Of a stretch of 64,000 nucleotides of DNA, positions 41,097 through 51,115 are shown one piece after another (within the stretch, counting starts at the first letter, position 1; each line of letters opens with the position of its first letter). The DNA lies in NCBI GenBank assembly GCA_038212275.1, contig JBBQUR010000004.1, forward strand, positions 64,001 to 128,000. The letters run 5' to 3'. The stretch is from Planctomycetota bacterium (lineage in GTDB: Bacteria > Planctomycetota > B15-G4). The translations under genes were made by a program, and so were the position numbers. Below the pieces are notes generated by a model. The model was not told the origin of the DNA. It did no database searches and was given only the letters and a program-made list of their open reading frames with translations.

Positions 41097-43865
41097 ATGC
41101 GCACCCTCGCCCTGGCCGCCCTTCTCGCGCTGGTCGCTCCCACCGCCCTGCACGGGCAGGATCGCATCGAGGTGCCGCACGAGCTCTACGTGCTCGACAA
41201 CGGCCTGTCGGTGATCCTCGCGCCGGACCACACGCTGCCGCGCGTCGAGGTGAATCTCTGGTATCACGTCGGCAGCAAGAACGAGGTCGCCGGACGCTCG
41301 GGCTTCGCGCACCTGTTCGAGCACCTCATGTTCATGGGCACGGAGCGCGTGCCGACGGGCGCCTTCGACGGGATCATGGAAGGCGGCGGCGGCGCGAACA
41401 ACGCGAGCACGAGCGAGGATCGCACCAACTACTTCGATTGGGGTCCGCCGGCGCTGCTGCAGACGCTGCTCTGGCTGGAGGCCGACCGGCTGGAGAATCT
41501 CGGCCGCACGATGACGCAGGAAAAGCTCGACCTGCAGCGCGAGGTCGTACGCAACGAGCGCCGCCAGACCAGCGAGAACACGCCCTACGGCAAGGCGGAC
41601 CTGCTCGTTTCCGAACTGATGTATCCGCCGGGCCACCCGTATCACATCTCGGTCATCGGCAGGCACGAGGATCTCGTCGCGGCGTCGGTCCCGGACGTGC
41701 AGGACTTCTTCGCACGCTGGTACGTCCCGAACAATGCCAGCCTCTGCATCGTGGGGGATTTCGATCCCGCCGCCGCGCGAGCGTGGGTGGCGCAGTACTT
41801 CGGCGACCTGCCGCCGGGCCCCGAGCCGCCCGCCACGCACGTCGATCCCGTGATGCTGGACGGACCGCGCGGCATCACGCTGCAGGACGCCGTGCAATAT
41901 CCGCGCCTCAGCTTCACGTGGCACAGTCCCGCGACGCTGGCGCCCGGTGATGCCGAGATGGATCTCGCGGCGGACGCGCTGGCCGGCGGCCGGAACAGCC
42001 GCCTCTATCAGCGCCTCGTCGTGAAGGACGGCACGGCCGTCGATGTCGCGGCCTACCAGCAGAGTCAGCTCCTCGGCAGTCTGTTCACCGTGGTCGTGAC
42101 GACGGCGCCCGGCGCCGACCTCGCCGCCGTGACCGCCGCGGTGGACGACGAAATCGGACGGCTGCGCGAGGAGGGCCCGACCGCCGAGGAGTTGCAGCGC
42201 TCGGTGGCGGGCATCGAGACCGGCGCCGTCTCGGAGCTCGAGTCGCTGCACGCGCGCGCGGACAGCCTCAACCGCTACCTCTTCTTCTACGGCACGCCGG
42301 ACGGCTTCGAACGCGATCTCGACCGCTACCGGCATGCGACGCCTGCCAGCGTGCGCGGCTGGGCCCGCCAGGTGCTCGACCCCGCGCGGCGCCTGACGAT
42401 GTCCGTCCTGCCCGACGGCAGCCTGCCCGCGACGACGGCGCGCGACACGCAGCCCGCGCTCGACACGACGCCGACGCGCTTCACGCCGCCCGTGCCCGTC
42501 GCGCTGCCGACGCGTCCGTCCGGCCTGGAAGTCTGGCACCTGCAGCGTCCCGGACTGCCGCTCGTCAACGTGACGCTCGTGCTGCCGGGCGGGCGCCTGG
42601 CGGAGACGCGCGCCCAGGCGGGGCTCTCGGAACTGACGGCGTCGATGCTGGAGGAAGGCGCCGGCAGTCGCGACAGCGCGGCCTTCGCGGATGCGCTGCA
42701 GCAGCTTGGCGCGGAGTTCTCCGTGAACAGTCAGGCGCGACAGACGACCGTCGCCGTGGAGGTGCTCAAGCGCAACCTGGACGGCGCACTCGCGCTCTTT
42801 CACGACGCGGTGACGGTGCCGCGCCTGGACGCCGCGGACTTCGAGCGCGTGAGGCGCCTCAGCGTGGACGATCTGCGCGCAGCCCTGGACGACCCGAACA
42901 CCGTGGCGCGCCAGGTGGCCGCTGCCACCTGGTTCGGCGAGGACCATCCCTACGGACGGCCCTCGGGCGGCTTTCCCGAGACCGTCGCGGCCCTGGAACT
43001 CGATCAAGTGCGCGCCTTCCACGCGTCGCTTGCGCAGCCCGCCGGGGCGCTCCTCATCGTGACGGGCGACGTGAGCGCCGACGAGGCGTCCGCCATCGCG
43101 GACACGCTGGATCGCGACTGGCCTGCGGCGGGAACACCGCTCGTCGCCGCAGCGACGCCCGTCCCGCCGGCGGCCGGCGTCCGCGTGGTGCTCGTCGACC
43201 GTCCCGACGCCTCGCAGACGGTCGTGCGCTTCGTGATGCCCGGCCAGCGCGGCACCGATGCGCGCCGCGTGCCGTCCGATGTCTTCAACACGCTGTTCGG
43301 CGGCTCGTTCACCAGCCGGCTGAACAGGAATCTGCGCGAGGAGCACGGCTACACCTACGGCGCCGGCAGCAGCTTCGCCCGGCAGCCCGACCAGGGCGTC
43401 TTCATCGCGAATGCGGCCGTGCGCACGAATGTGACCGGCGACTCCCTCGCCGAATTCATCGCCGAGTTCAAGCGTGCGCGCGCGGGCGGCATCGCTCCGG
43501 AGGAAGCGGCGGGTGCGTCGGCCTCGGCACTCGCGCGACTCGTCTCCGGCTTCGAGAGTCTCGGGTCCACCGTGGGCACCTGGCTCGTCGTGCGCGACCG
43601 TGGCGGCTCGCCGCAGGAGCTCGCGCGCGATGTCGCCGCGCTGCCGGGTGTCACTGCGGCTCAGCTCGACGCGCTTGCGCCCGAGCTGCTCCAGACCGAC
43701 CAGCTGCTGCTCGTGCTGGTCGGCGATGGCAAGACCGTGCTGCCTCAGCTGAGCGAGCTCGGTCTGCCCCCCGTGCGCATCCTGGATGAGCGCGGCCACC
43801 CGGTGACGGGCCAGGCGCCCGCTGCACCCGTCGCACCGGCCACGCCGGCGGGGAGCGGGTCCTGA
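41097..43865 (+). CDS. M16 family zinc peptidase (fused subunits, PqqL-like)
   Basis: Signal peptide, HLFEH (HxxEH), NLREEHGYTYG. Confidence 0.93.
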   Translation: MRTLALAALLALVAPTALHGQDRIEVPHELYVLDNGLSVILAPDHTLPRVEVNLWYHVGSKNEVAGRSGFAHLFEHLMFMGTERVPTGAFDGIMEGGGGANNASTSEDRTNYFDWGPPALLQTLLWLEADRLENLGRTMTQEKLDLQREVVRNERRQTSENTPYGKADLLVSELMYPPGHPYHISVIGRHEDLVAASVPDVQDFFARWYVPNNASLCIVGDFDPAAARAWVAQYFGDLPPGPEPPATHVDPVMLDGPRGITLQDAVQYPRLSFTWHSPATLAPGDAEMDLAADALAGGRNSRLYQRLVVKDGTAVDVAAYQQSQLLGSLFTVVVTTAPGADLAAVTAAVDDEIGRLREEGPTAEELQRSVAGIETGAVSELESLHARADSLNRYLFFYGTPDGFERDLDRYRHATPASVRGWARQVLDPARRLTMSVLPDGSLPATTARDTQPALDTTPTRFTPPVPVALPTRPSGLEVWHLQRPGLPLVNVTLVLPGGRLAETRAQAGLSELTASMLEEGAGSRDSAAFADALQQLGAEFSVNSQARQTTVAVEVLKRNLDGALALFHDAVTVPRLDAADFERVRRLSVDDLRAALDDPNTVARQVAAATWFGEDHPYGRPSGGFPETVAALELDQVRAFHASLAQPAGALLIVTGDVSADEASAIADTLDRDWPAAGTPLVAAATPVPPAAGVRVVLVDRPDASQTVVRFVMPGQRGTDARRVPSDVFNTLFGGSFTSRLNRNLREEHGYTYGAGSSFARQPDQGVFIANAAVRTNVTGDSLAEFIAEFKRARAGGIAPEEAAGASASALARLVSGFESLGSTVGTWLVVRDRGGSPQELARDVAALPGVTAAQLDALAPELLQTDQLLLVLVGDGKTVLPQLSELGLPPVRILDERGHPVTGQAPAAPVAPATPAGSGS

Positions 43866-45064
43866 ACGAACCTGCCGACACGACCGAGCGCCCCGTCGCG
43901 CGACCGCCCTACGCCGACCTGCGCATTCATCCCAGTCCGCACCCCTTCGTGCGCAAGGGCCTGCTCGTGCGCCCGCCGCAGAACGCGCCCAACGGCTCCC
44001 TCGTCAGCCTGCGCTCTCCCGAGGGCGTGATGCTCGGCGACGGCTTCTGGAACGCGTACTCGGACATCGGCGTGCGCCGGCTCACGGATGGCGACACGCG
44101 CTTCGACGACACGGCGCTCGCTGCCGCGGTGGATCGGGCGATTTCGCTGCGCGACCGGATTCCCGGCCTGCGCGACAGCGGCGACGCCTTCCGCGTCATC
44201 CACGCAGAGGGCGACGAACTCTCCGGTCTCATCGTGGACAAGCTCGGTGACGTGCTCGCCATCGAGCTGCACAGCGCGGGCTGGATCAACTGGCTCGATC
44301 AGCTGCTCCCGTTGCTGCACGGCAGGCTCGGCACGCTGCATCACCGCATCACGATGTCGGAGCGCACGGCCTACCTGGAGGGCTGCCAGGCGCTGGATGT
44401 CGCCAGCGACGATTGTCCGCGCACGCTGCGGCTGCGCGAGCACGGCGTGCGCTACCAGGTGGACCTCCAGACCGGCCACAAGACGGGCTTCTTCTGCGAC
44501 CAGCGCGACAATCGCCGCGCCCTCGCGCCCTGGGTTGCCGGCGGCGACGTGCTGGACCTCTGCTGCTACACGGGCGGATTCGCGCTGGCGGCCGGCGTGC
44601 TCGGCAGCCCCGCCTCGCTGACGGGCGTGGACCTCGACGAGGAAGCGCTCGCGGTGGCGCAGCTCAACGCCAACCTGAACCAGAAGCGCGTGCACTTCGT
44701 GCATGCCGACGTGTACGACTGGTTGCGGCAGTCCGCAGGCACCGCGCGGCGTTACGACGTCATCGTGGTGGATCCGCCGAAGTTCATCCCGACGCGCAAG
44801 GACATCGAGGCGGGTCACGGCAAGTATCACGACCTCAACCGGCTTGCGCTCGGCGTGCTGAAGCCCGGCGGGCTGCTGCTGACGTGTTCGTGCTCGGGAC
44901 TGCTGTCCGGCGGCGAGTTCCGCGAGCTGGTCACCACGGCGGCGCGCAAGGCGGGCCGTCGTGCGCGCCTCATCGAGCAGACCGGCGCGGCGCCGGATCA
45001 TCCGATCCTGCTCAACTGCCCCGAGACGGAATATCTGAAAGCGCTCTGGATGGTGGTGTGGTGA
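43862..45064 (+). CDS. RlmI-like SAM-dependent rRNA methyltransferase; probable CTG start
   Basis: HAEGDELSGLIVD, GHKTGFFCDQRDNR, DLCCYTGGF, DPPKF, CSCS, DHP, YLK. The HPF segment lies upstream of the ORF-track start. Confidence 0.88.
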   Translation: MNEPADTTERPVARPPYADLRIHPSPHPFVRKGLLVRPPQNAPNGSLVSLRSPEGVMLGDGFWNAYSDIGVRRLTDGDTRFDDTALAAAVDRAISLRDRIPGLRDSGDAFRVIHAEGDELSGLIVDKLGDVLAIELHSAGWINWLDQLLPLLHGRLGTLHHRITMSERTAYLEGCQALDVASDDCPRTLRLREHGVRYQVDLQTGHKTGFFCDQRDNRRALAPWVAGGDVLDLCCYTGGFALAAGVLGSPASLTGVDLDEEALAVAQLNANLNQKRVHFVHADVYDWLRQSAGTARRYDVIVVDPPKFIPTRKDIEAGHGKYHDLNRLALGVLKPGGLLLTCSCSGLLSGGEFRELVTTAARKAGRRARLIEQTGAAPDHPILLNCPETEYLKALWMVVW

Positions 45065-45996
45065 GCGCGCGCGGCGCCCGGGGCGAGCCGATCCTCATCG
45101 TGCATGGCGGTGCCGGCGATCTCGACGGCGAGGAAGACCGTCGACAGTATCTTGAGGGAGTCGCGGCCGCGCTGGAGGCCGGACTTGCCGCGCTGGAGGG
45201 CGGCGATGCGCGCGCCGCGGTGCGTGCCGCCGTCGTGCACATGGAGTCGCACACGATCATGAATGCGGGGCGCGGTGCGGTGCTCGATCGCGACGGCCGC
45301 GTCTGCCTCGATGCGGGCTTCATGGACGGTGCATCGCGACGCTTCGGCGGAGTCACCGGCGTGCGGCGCTGCATGAACCCCGTGCTGCTGGCCGAGCACC
45401 TTTGCGCCGACGGCGACTACGGTCGCTTCGTCGGCGCGCCGGGCAGCGACGACGTCGCTGCGCTCGCGGGCGTGACGGCCTGCGACGAGTCGGCGCTGGT
45501 GACCGAGCGTGCACGGAGGATCTGGGCGCAGCGCTGTCGCGAGGCGGCGCCTGCAGGGCCGACGCCCTGGCTCGACACGGTGGGAGCCGTCGCGCTGGAT
45601 CGCGGTGGACACGTGGCCGCGGCGGTCTCCACGGGCGGCATGAGCCTGAAGCGCAGCGGTCGCATCGGCGACTCTCCGATCGTGGGCGCCGGATTCTGGG
45701 CCGCCGACGGGGAGGGCGCCTGCGTGACGACCGGCGTCGGCGAGGTGCTGCTGCGCCAGGGCACCGCACGCCGCTGCGCGCAGCTGGTGTCCGAGGGCCT
45801 GCAGCCCGCGGATGCGGCGGCGTCGGCCCTCGCGGAACTGGTGGATTTTCCGGGCGACGAGCGCGGCTGCTCGGGCCTCATCTTCGTCGCGCCGGACGGC
45901 CGCTTCGTGCTGGACCACAACAGCCGCGAGATGTCCGGCGGCTGGGCGCGGCCTGGCGGAGATCGGCGCGTCACGCATCTCTGGCGCGGCCGATGA
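45061..45996 (+). CDS. Isoaspartyl peptidase / L-asparaginase (Ntn hydrolase)
   Basis: VHGGAG, NAGRG, DTVGAVALD, STGG, GRIGDSP, TGVGE. Confidence 0.92.
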   Translation: MSARGARGEPILIVHGGAGDLDGEEDRRQYLEGVAAALEAGLAALEGGDARAAVRAAVVHMESHTIMNAGRGAVLDRDGRVCLDAGFMDGASRRFGGVTGVRRCMNPVLLAEHLCADGDYGRFVGAPGSDDVAALAGVTACDESALVTERARRIWAQRCREAAPAGPTPWLDTVGAVALDRGGHVAAAVSTGGMSLKRSGRIGDSPIVGAGFWAADGEGACVTTGVGEVLLRQGTARRCAQLVSEGLQPADAAASALAELVDFPGDERGCSGLIFVAPDGRFVLDHNSREMSGGWARPGGDRRVTHLWRGR

Positions 45997-46859
45997 ACGA
46001 GCGCGCGCCCGGTCACGGGGCGGGTGGTCGGCTGCCGGGCGGCAGCGCACCGGACGGACACTCGCAGGCGTGGCCTCCCGCGACGAAGGCGCAGCTCGCG
46101 GCGCTTGGCTCTCTGCTCACGCCGCAGGGACGGCGCGCGGCGCAGGCTTGTCTCGTCGAAGGTGAGCTGCTGCTCGCCGAAGCCCTGGCGGCCGGATTGA
46201 CGCCGCGGCTGGTGGCCGTCGCCCCGGAGCTTGCCGGACATGCCGCGGTCGCGGCGGCAAGCGCGGCGGGTGCGGCCGTCGTGCTGCTGACGCAGCGGCG
46301 TGCGGATCGGCTGTCCGATCGGGAGTCCGCGGCGGGCCTGCTGGCCGAGGTGCCGCTTCCAGCGACCTGGGACGGTCGCGTGGCCGATCGCGGCCCGGCC
46401 TTGCTCGTCGTCTTGTGCGGCCTGCAGGATCCCGGCAACGTCGGCACGCTGCTGCGCTCGGCGCGCGCGTTCGGAGCCAGCGCCTGTCTGTGCGCACCAG
46501 GCAGCGCCGACCCGTTCGGTCCGAAGGTCGTGCGCTCGTCGGCCGGTGCGGCGTTTCGCCTCGCCGTGGCGCCGATCGAACTGGCGGCACTGCCTGAACT
46601 CGCGCGGCGGCTGGACCTGGCCATGCTGGGGGCCGTCTCTCCGGGCGTCGGCGCGACGCCCGCGCGCGCTGCCGAGCTCCCCGCGCGCTGCCTGCTGCTG
46701 CTCGGGCACGAAACGCGCGGCGTCCCGGAGCTCCCGGGTTGCGAGGCCGTGTGCGTGCCGCAGGATCCCGATGTCGAGAGCCTGAACGTCGCCGTGGCCG
46801 GCTCGATCCTCATGTCCGGCTGGTACCGCTGGCATCCGGTCTCGGGCGCTGCGCCGTGA
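45993..46859 (+). CDS. TrmH/SpoU family RNA methyltransferase
   Basis: QDPGNVGTLLRSA, GHETRGV, ESLNVAVA. Confidence 0.92.
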   Translation: MNERAPGHGAGGRLPGGSAPDGHSQAWPPATKAQLAALGSLLTPQGRRAAQACLVEGELLLAEALAAGLTPRLVAVAPELAGHAAVAAASAAGAAVVLLTQRRADRLSDRESAAGLLAEVPLPATWDGRVADRGPALLVVLCGLQDPGNVGTLLRSARAFGASACLCAPGSADPFGPKVVRSSAGAAFRLAVAPIELAALPELARRLDLAMLGAVSPGVGATPARAAELPARCLLLLGHETRGVPELPGCEAVCVPQDPDVESLNVAVAGSILMSGWYRWHPVSGAAP

Positions 46860-46908
46860 GCGCGCCCGCGATGACGGACTCCCTGCACACTGCGCAGGTC
46901 ATCGCCTG

Positions 46909-47385
46909 ATGGGCGAGACGAGTGAGATGGGTGAGATGGGCGGGGCAGGCGGGGCGCGCAGGCCACGGGAGGTTGCCGCCGCGCTCGTGATCCATGCAGG
47001 GCGCGTGCTCGTGCAGACACGGCCTGCGGGACGGAGCTGGCAGGGCACCTGGGAGTTTCCCGGCGGCAAGCTCGAGCCGGGCGAAGAGGTGCGCGCGTGC
47101 GCCGAACGCGAGGTGCTCGAAGAGGTGGGCCTCGTCGTGACGGCAGGCGCGCTGCTTCACGACATCACCTGGGAGTATCCGGGCGCACTCGTGCACGTGA
47201 ACTTCGTGCTGTGCACGCCGCACGGCGCAGCGGCGGGCGGCGTGCCGGAAGCGCGTCCGCTCGAAGCTCAGTCGCTGTGCTGGGCCGGTCCCGAGGACTT
47301 GCAGCAGCTCGATTTCCTGCCGGCGAATGCAAGCCTGCTGCCGCTGCTGATGGCGCGGCTGCGACTCACTTGTCGCGGAGCGTGA
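46909..47385 (+). CDS. MutT-like NUDIX hydrolase
   Basis: WEFPGGKLEPGE...REVLEEVG; FLPAN. Start uncertain (several nearby ATGs). Confidence 0.88.
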   Translation: MGETSEMGEMGGAGGARRPREVAAALVIHAGRVLVQTRPAGRSWQGTWEFPGGKLEPGEEVRACAEREVLEEVGLVVTAGALLHDITWEYPGALVHVNFVLCTPHGAAAGGVPEARPLEAQSLCWAGPEDLQQLDFLPANASLLPLLMARLRLTCRGA

Positions 47386-49372
47386 CGAGCACTCCGTCGA
47401 CGACCTGGCCCTCGCCGACGTAGACCTCCTGCATGGACTTCGACGCGTAGACGAGCTTCAGAAACGGGTGCACCGGCTGGTCGTTCACTCGATCCGGGCT
47501 GACGGTGATCTGGTAGCTGCCTTCGCGCAGGTTCGGAAAGTTGAAGTAGCCGTCGCGATTGGTCGTGCCGGCATCCATGTAGGTGTTGTCCTTCAGGTTG
47601 ATCTGCACCTTGCAGAAGGACAGGGGCCCGGAGCTGGAGTCCACGGCGCGGCCCTGGATGACGCTCCCGCGCGGCAACGTGAGGTCGACGGCGTTGTTGC
47701 CGCCGGCGTCTTCGTCCACGACGACCACGTCGTTCAGGACGCGCGAGGCCGCGCTCTCGTGTTCCGCCACGATCTGGTAGGTGCCGGGCGAGATGTGGTC
47801 GATGCAGTAGCTGCCGTCGTCCCCGGCGCGCAGCTTGCGCTCAGGCTCGTCGCTCGGCGCGAAGGCCTTGAAGAGCTTGTTGATGCTCGAATCGATGAAA
47901 TTGTTCGCGTTGAGCGTGATGAGCGCGCGGGCCAGCGGCGCGCCGCTGCTGTCGTAGACGTGGCCGCAGATCGTGCCGCCTCGGAGCATGTGGATGCGAA
48001 CCTGCGGCGGCTGCGTCATGCCGAGTTCGATGGTGAAGACCTCGCTGCGAGTGTCCGCGAAGTCGCTCGCGCGTGCCTCGAGCACGTAGGAACCCGGGTC
48101 GATGCCGTCGTAGCTGAACTTGCCGTCGGCCGAATCGAAGGAGCGGCTGTCGTTCAGGTAGTTGGCCTCGCCGCTGATGTGTGCGCGCATGAGGAACAGG
48201 CTGAACTTGCGCACCGGCACGTTGGCGATGTTGGTCACCCAGCCCGTGACGCTGCCCTGCCGGTTCATGACCACGTTGTAGTTGCCGGCGCTGATGTCCA
48301 CGGCGGGAACGATCTTCTCGCTGTAGCCCTCCGCAGAACAGTGCAACTGGTAGGTGTCGCGGCTCATGCCGTCGAGGATGAAGTAGCCGCCGTCATCGCT
48401 GATGGCGACCGCGCTGCCCTGATAGTCCTTGGCGAGCGAGGTGACCTCGACGCGCGCGCCCTCGATGGCGACGCCATCATTGCTGACGACACGACCTGGC
48501 AGCGACGCGCCGACATCGAGCTCGAAGTTGACCTCCTGGTCGCGCGGCACAGGCTCGAGCGCGTAGTTGATGTTGCGAGACTGGCTCGCGAAGCCCTCGT
48601 AGAGGGCATTGATGCGGAGGCTCGCGGCCGAGATGTGCGTGAATCCGTAGCGGCCCTGGCCATCGGTGAAGACGACCTGCGCCGGCCGCTGCTCCTCGGG
48701 CTTGAGGAAGGCCATGTCGAGGGTGTAGTAGAGCTCGACGCGTGCTCCAGGCAGCGGCCCGCCTCCGAGTTGCGACACGATGCCCCGGATCACGGCACCT
48801 TCGGCCATGTGGAGCACGGCGCCGCTGGTCACGCTGTCCTTCTCGACCGAGAACCCGTTGGCTTCGCTGCGCGCGTAGTCGTCGTGCTCGCCGACGATGA
48901 CGTAGTTCCGGGCGACCGGCACGTCGCAGAGGCTGAACGCACCATCGGGACCGGTGATCGCGGTCACGTCCACCGCCTGCCGTGCGCCCGGGAAGGTGCC
49001 CGACAGCAGGGCGTTGCCGACGAAAAGCGTGATCCGCACGCCCTCGATGGGCATGTTCGCGGAGTTGACCGCATGACCCTCGAGGCAGCCGACCGGGCCC
49101 CCGGCGGCAACCGCAGGAGCGTCCTGTCGTGGCCGCGTGACCACCGGCCCGATCTCGATCGGCTTGACTTCGCCGCGTGCCGGCGCCGGGGCGTGGAATT
49201 CGGTGGCCGGCTCCGGGGAGGCCGTCGAATGCTCGAGGGTCTCTGCGGCGGGAGTGGCCGGCGCCTCGCCGGAACCAAGGAGCCAGGCGACGGCGCCGCC
49301 CGCGAGGAGCAGGACGATGAGTCCTGTGATCCAGAGGGATTTGTTCGAGGACTCGTTGCGCGACGATCTCAT
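47366..49372 (-). CDS. Membrane-anchored carboxypeptidase-regulatory-like repeat protein
   Basis: N-terminal TM (LWITGLIVLLLAGGAVAWLL); repeated G.V....G.P..GA.V and DG.Y/F...PG.Y units. Confidence 0.85.
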   Translation of the reverse strand: MRSSRNESSNKSLWITGLIVLLLAGGAVAWLLGSGEAPATPAAETLEHSTASPEPATEFHAPAPARGEVKPIEIGPVVTRPRQDAPAVAAGGPVGCLEGHAVNSANMPIEGVRITLFVGNALLSGTFPGARQAVDVTAITGPDGAFSLCDVPVARNYVIVGEHDDYARSEANGFSVEKDSVTSGAVLHMAEGAVIRGIVSQLGGGPLPGARVELYYTLDMAFLKPEEQRPAQVVFTDGQGRYGFTHISAASLRINALYEGFASQSRNINYALEPVPRDQEVNFELDVGASLPGRVVSNDGVAIEGARVEVTSLAKDYQGSAVAISDDGGYFILDGMSRDTYQLHCSAEGYSEKIVPAVDISAGNYNVVMNRQGSVTGWVTNIANVPVRKFSLFLMRAHISGEANYLNDSRSFDSADGKFSYDGIDPGSYVLEARASDFADTRSEVFTIELGMTQPPQVRIHMLRGGTICGHVYDSSGAPLARALITLNANNFIDSSINKLFKAFAPSDEPERKLRAGDDGSYCIDHISPGTYQIVAEHESAASRVLNDVVVVDEDAGGNNAVDLTLPRGSVIQGRAVDSSSGPLSFCKVQINLKDNTYMDAGTTNRDGYFNFPNLREGSYQITVSPDRVNDQPVHPFLKLVYASKSMQEVYVGEGQVVDGVLVTLRDK

Positions 49373-49692
49373 GGGTCTTGGACGGGAGGGTGGAAGAGTT
49401 CTTCCCGAGGCCGCTCGGGAGCTGCCTGACGGTCGGCGGTGGCTTCCTTGGCCGCCCGGATGCGATCCGGGATGGTACCAACGGTCGCGGGCGATCGTGA
49501 GGTGCGATCGGTCCCGTCCGCACCCGTGTGTCGTCTCCGCGGGCTGCCAGGCTGAAGGCCTGCCCCCTCGCGCGGGCCGCCTGCAGTTGCGGAGGGCGGG
49601 GCGGCGCTTGCAATCGGCCCCTGGCTGAGCCATCAAGAGGCCCCTGATCCCGCATGCGTCCCTGCGACGGGGCGCGATGGAGTCTGACGACC

Positions 49693-50388
49693 ATGATCTT
49701 CGACCCGCTGTGGTTGATCCTGACCATTCCGCCTGCGCTGTTCGCGCTCTGGGCGAGCTGGCGGACGAAGTCCGCCTACACGCAGTTCTCCAAGGTAGGC
49801 GCCCGCTCCGGTGTCACCGGGGCGGAGGTCGCACGCCGCCTGCTCGACGCGGACCGCCTGCGCGAGGTTGCCGTGGAGGCCGTGCCCGGCCAGCTCACGG
49901 ATCACTACGATCCGCGCGATCGCACGCTGCGGCTTTCGGAGGGAGTGTTCGCGAGCCGCTCCATCGCCGCGCTCGGCATCGCGGCGCACGAGACGGGCCA
50001 CGCGCTCCAGCATGCCGATGGCTACAGGCCGCTGACCTTTCGACAGGCCTTCTTCCCCGTGGCCGCCTTCTCGAGCAAGGCCTGGGTGTGGCTGCTGATC
50101 GCATCGTACTTCCTGGGACGCTCGTCACCGGAACTCGGGTCCACGCTCGTGCTGGCGGCAGCGGGGCTTGCCGCGGTGTACGCGCTCTTCGCCATCGTCA
50201 CGTTGCCCGTGGAATTCAATGCGAGCCGGCGCGCGCTGCTGATGCTCGAGAGCACGCGGATGCTCGACGCCGAGGAACTGACCGGTGCCAAGAAGGTGCT
50301 CGATGCGGCCGCGCTGACGTACGTCGCCAGCGCGGCGCAGGCGGTCATGACCGTGATCTACCTGCTGGCCCGTTCCCGCAATCGGTGA
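49693..50388 (+). CDS. YugP-like neutral zinc metallopeptidase
   Basis: LTDHYDP, AAHETGHALQH, TLPVEFNASRRA, AAALTYVA. Confidence 0.93.
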   Translation: MIFDPLWLILTIPPALFALWASWRTKSAYTQFSKVGARSGVTGAEVARRLLDADRLREVAVEAVPGQLTDHYDPRDRTLRLSEGVFASRSIAALGIAAHETGHALQHADGYRPLTFRQAFFPVAAFSSKAWVWLLIASYFLGRSSPELGSTLVLAAAGLAAVYALFAIVTLPVEFNASRRALLMLESTRMLDAEELTGAKKVLDAAALTYVASAAQAVMTVIYLLARSRNR

Positions 50389-51115
50389 CCGGGCCGCGCC
50401 CGCCGGCAGCAAGCCTCGCGAGCCACTCGGCAAAGTCCGGCGGCAGCGGGGCGCGCACGTCGAGTGTCGCTCCCGAGGCCGGGTGCCGCAGCACGATGCG
50501 CTCGGCGTGCAGCATGCAGCGTGACGGCCGAGGTGCCGCCGCGCCGGATCGCGCGCGCGCCGGATCCGCCTTGCGGCCGTATTTGCGGTCTCCCAGCAGC
50601 GGGTGTCCGAGGTGCGCGAGGTGGACGCGGATCTGGTTGTGCCGTCCCGTGTCGAGGCGGACGTGCAGCAGCGAGACCGGAGCCGGCATGCCGGCAGCGC
50701 CGCCGCCCTGGAAGATCTGCCTGACCTCGTAGTGCGTGACGGCGCGCTGGCCGCGGCGATCGACGCGCGCCGTGGCTCCCTCGTCGAGGATGGGCACGTC
50801 GATCGTGGCCTTGCGGGTGTGCGGGATGCCGTGCACGAGCGCGAGATACTCCTTGGTGACCTCGTGTCCGCGAAACAGCGCCTCGAGCGCGGCCCTGTGC
50901 GCCTTCGCAAGGCACAGAAGCAGCACGCCGCTCGTCTCGCGATCGAGCCGATGCACGGGCGCGACCGGCAGCGCATCGCGCCGCAGGTCATCGAGGAGAC
51001 ACCGCTCGCGGGAGCCGGGCGCCGCCACGGTGAGTACGCCGGCGGCCTTGTTCACGACGAGCAGCGTCTTGTCGCGGTGCAGAATGGTGTAGGTCGAAGC
51101 GGGCGGTTTCACCAT
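50345..51115 (-). CDS. RluA-family pseudouridine synthase
   Basis: VVNKAAG, HRLDRETSG, TGRHNQIRVH, GDRKYG, LHA. Confidence 0.93.
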   Translation of the reverse strand: MVKPPASTYTILHRDKTLLVVNKAAGVLTVAAPGSRERCLLDDLRRDALPVAPVHRLDRETSGVLLLCLAKAHRAALEALFRGHEVTKEYLALVHGIPHTRKATIDVPILDEGATARVDRRGQRAVTHYEVRQIFQGGGAAGMPAPVSLLHVRLDTGRHNQIRVHLAHLGHPLLGDRKYGRKADPARARSGAAAPRPSRCMLHAERIVLRHPASGATLDVRAPLPPDFAEWLARLAAGGRGPVTDCGNGPAGRSRS

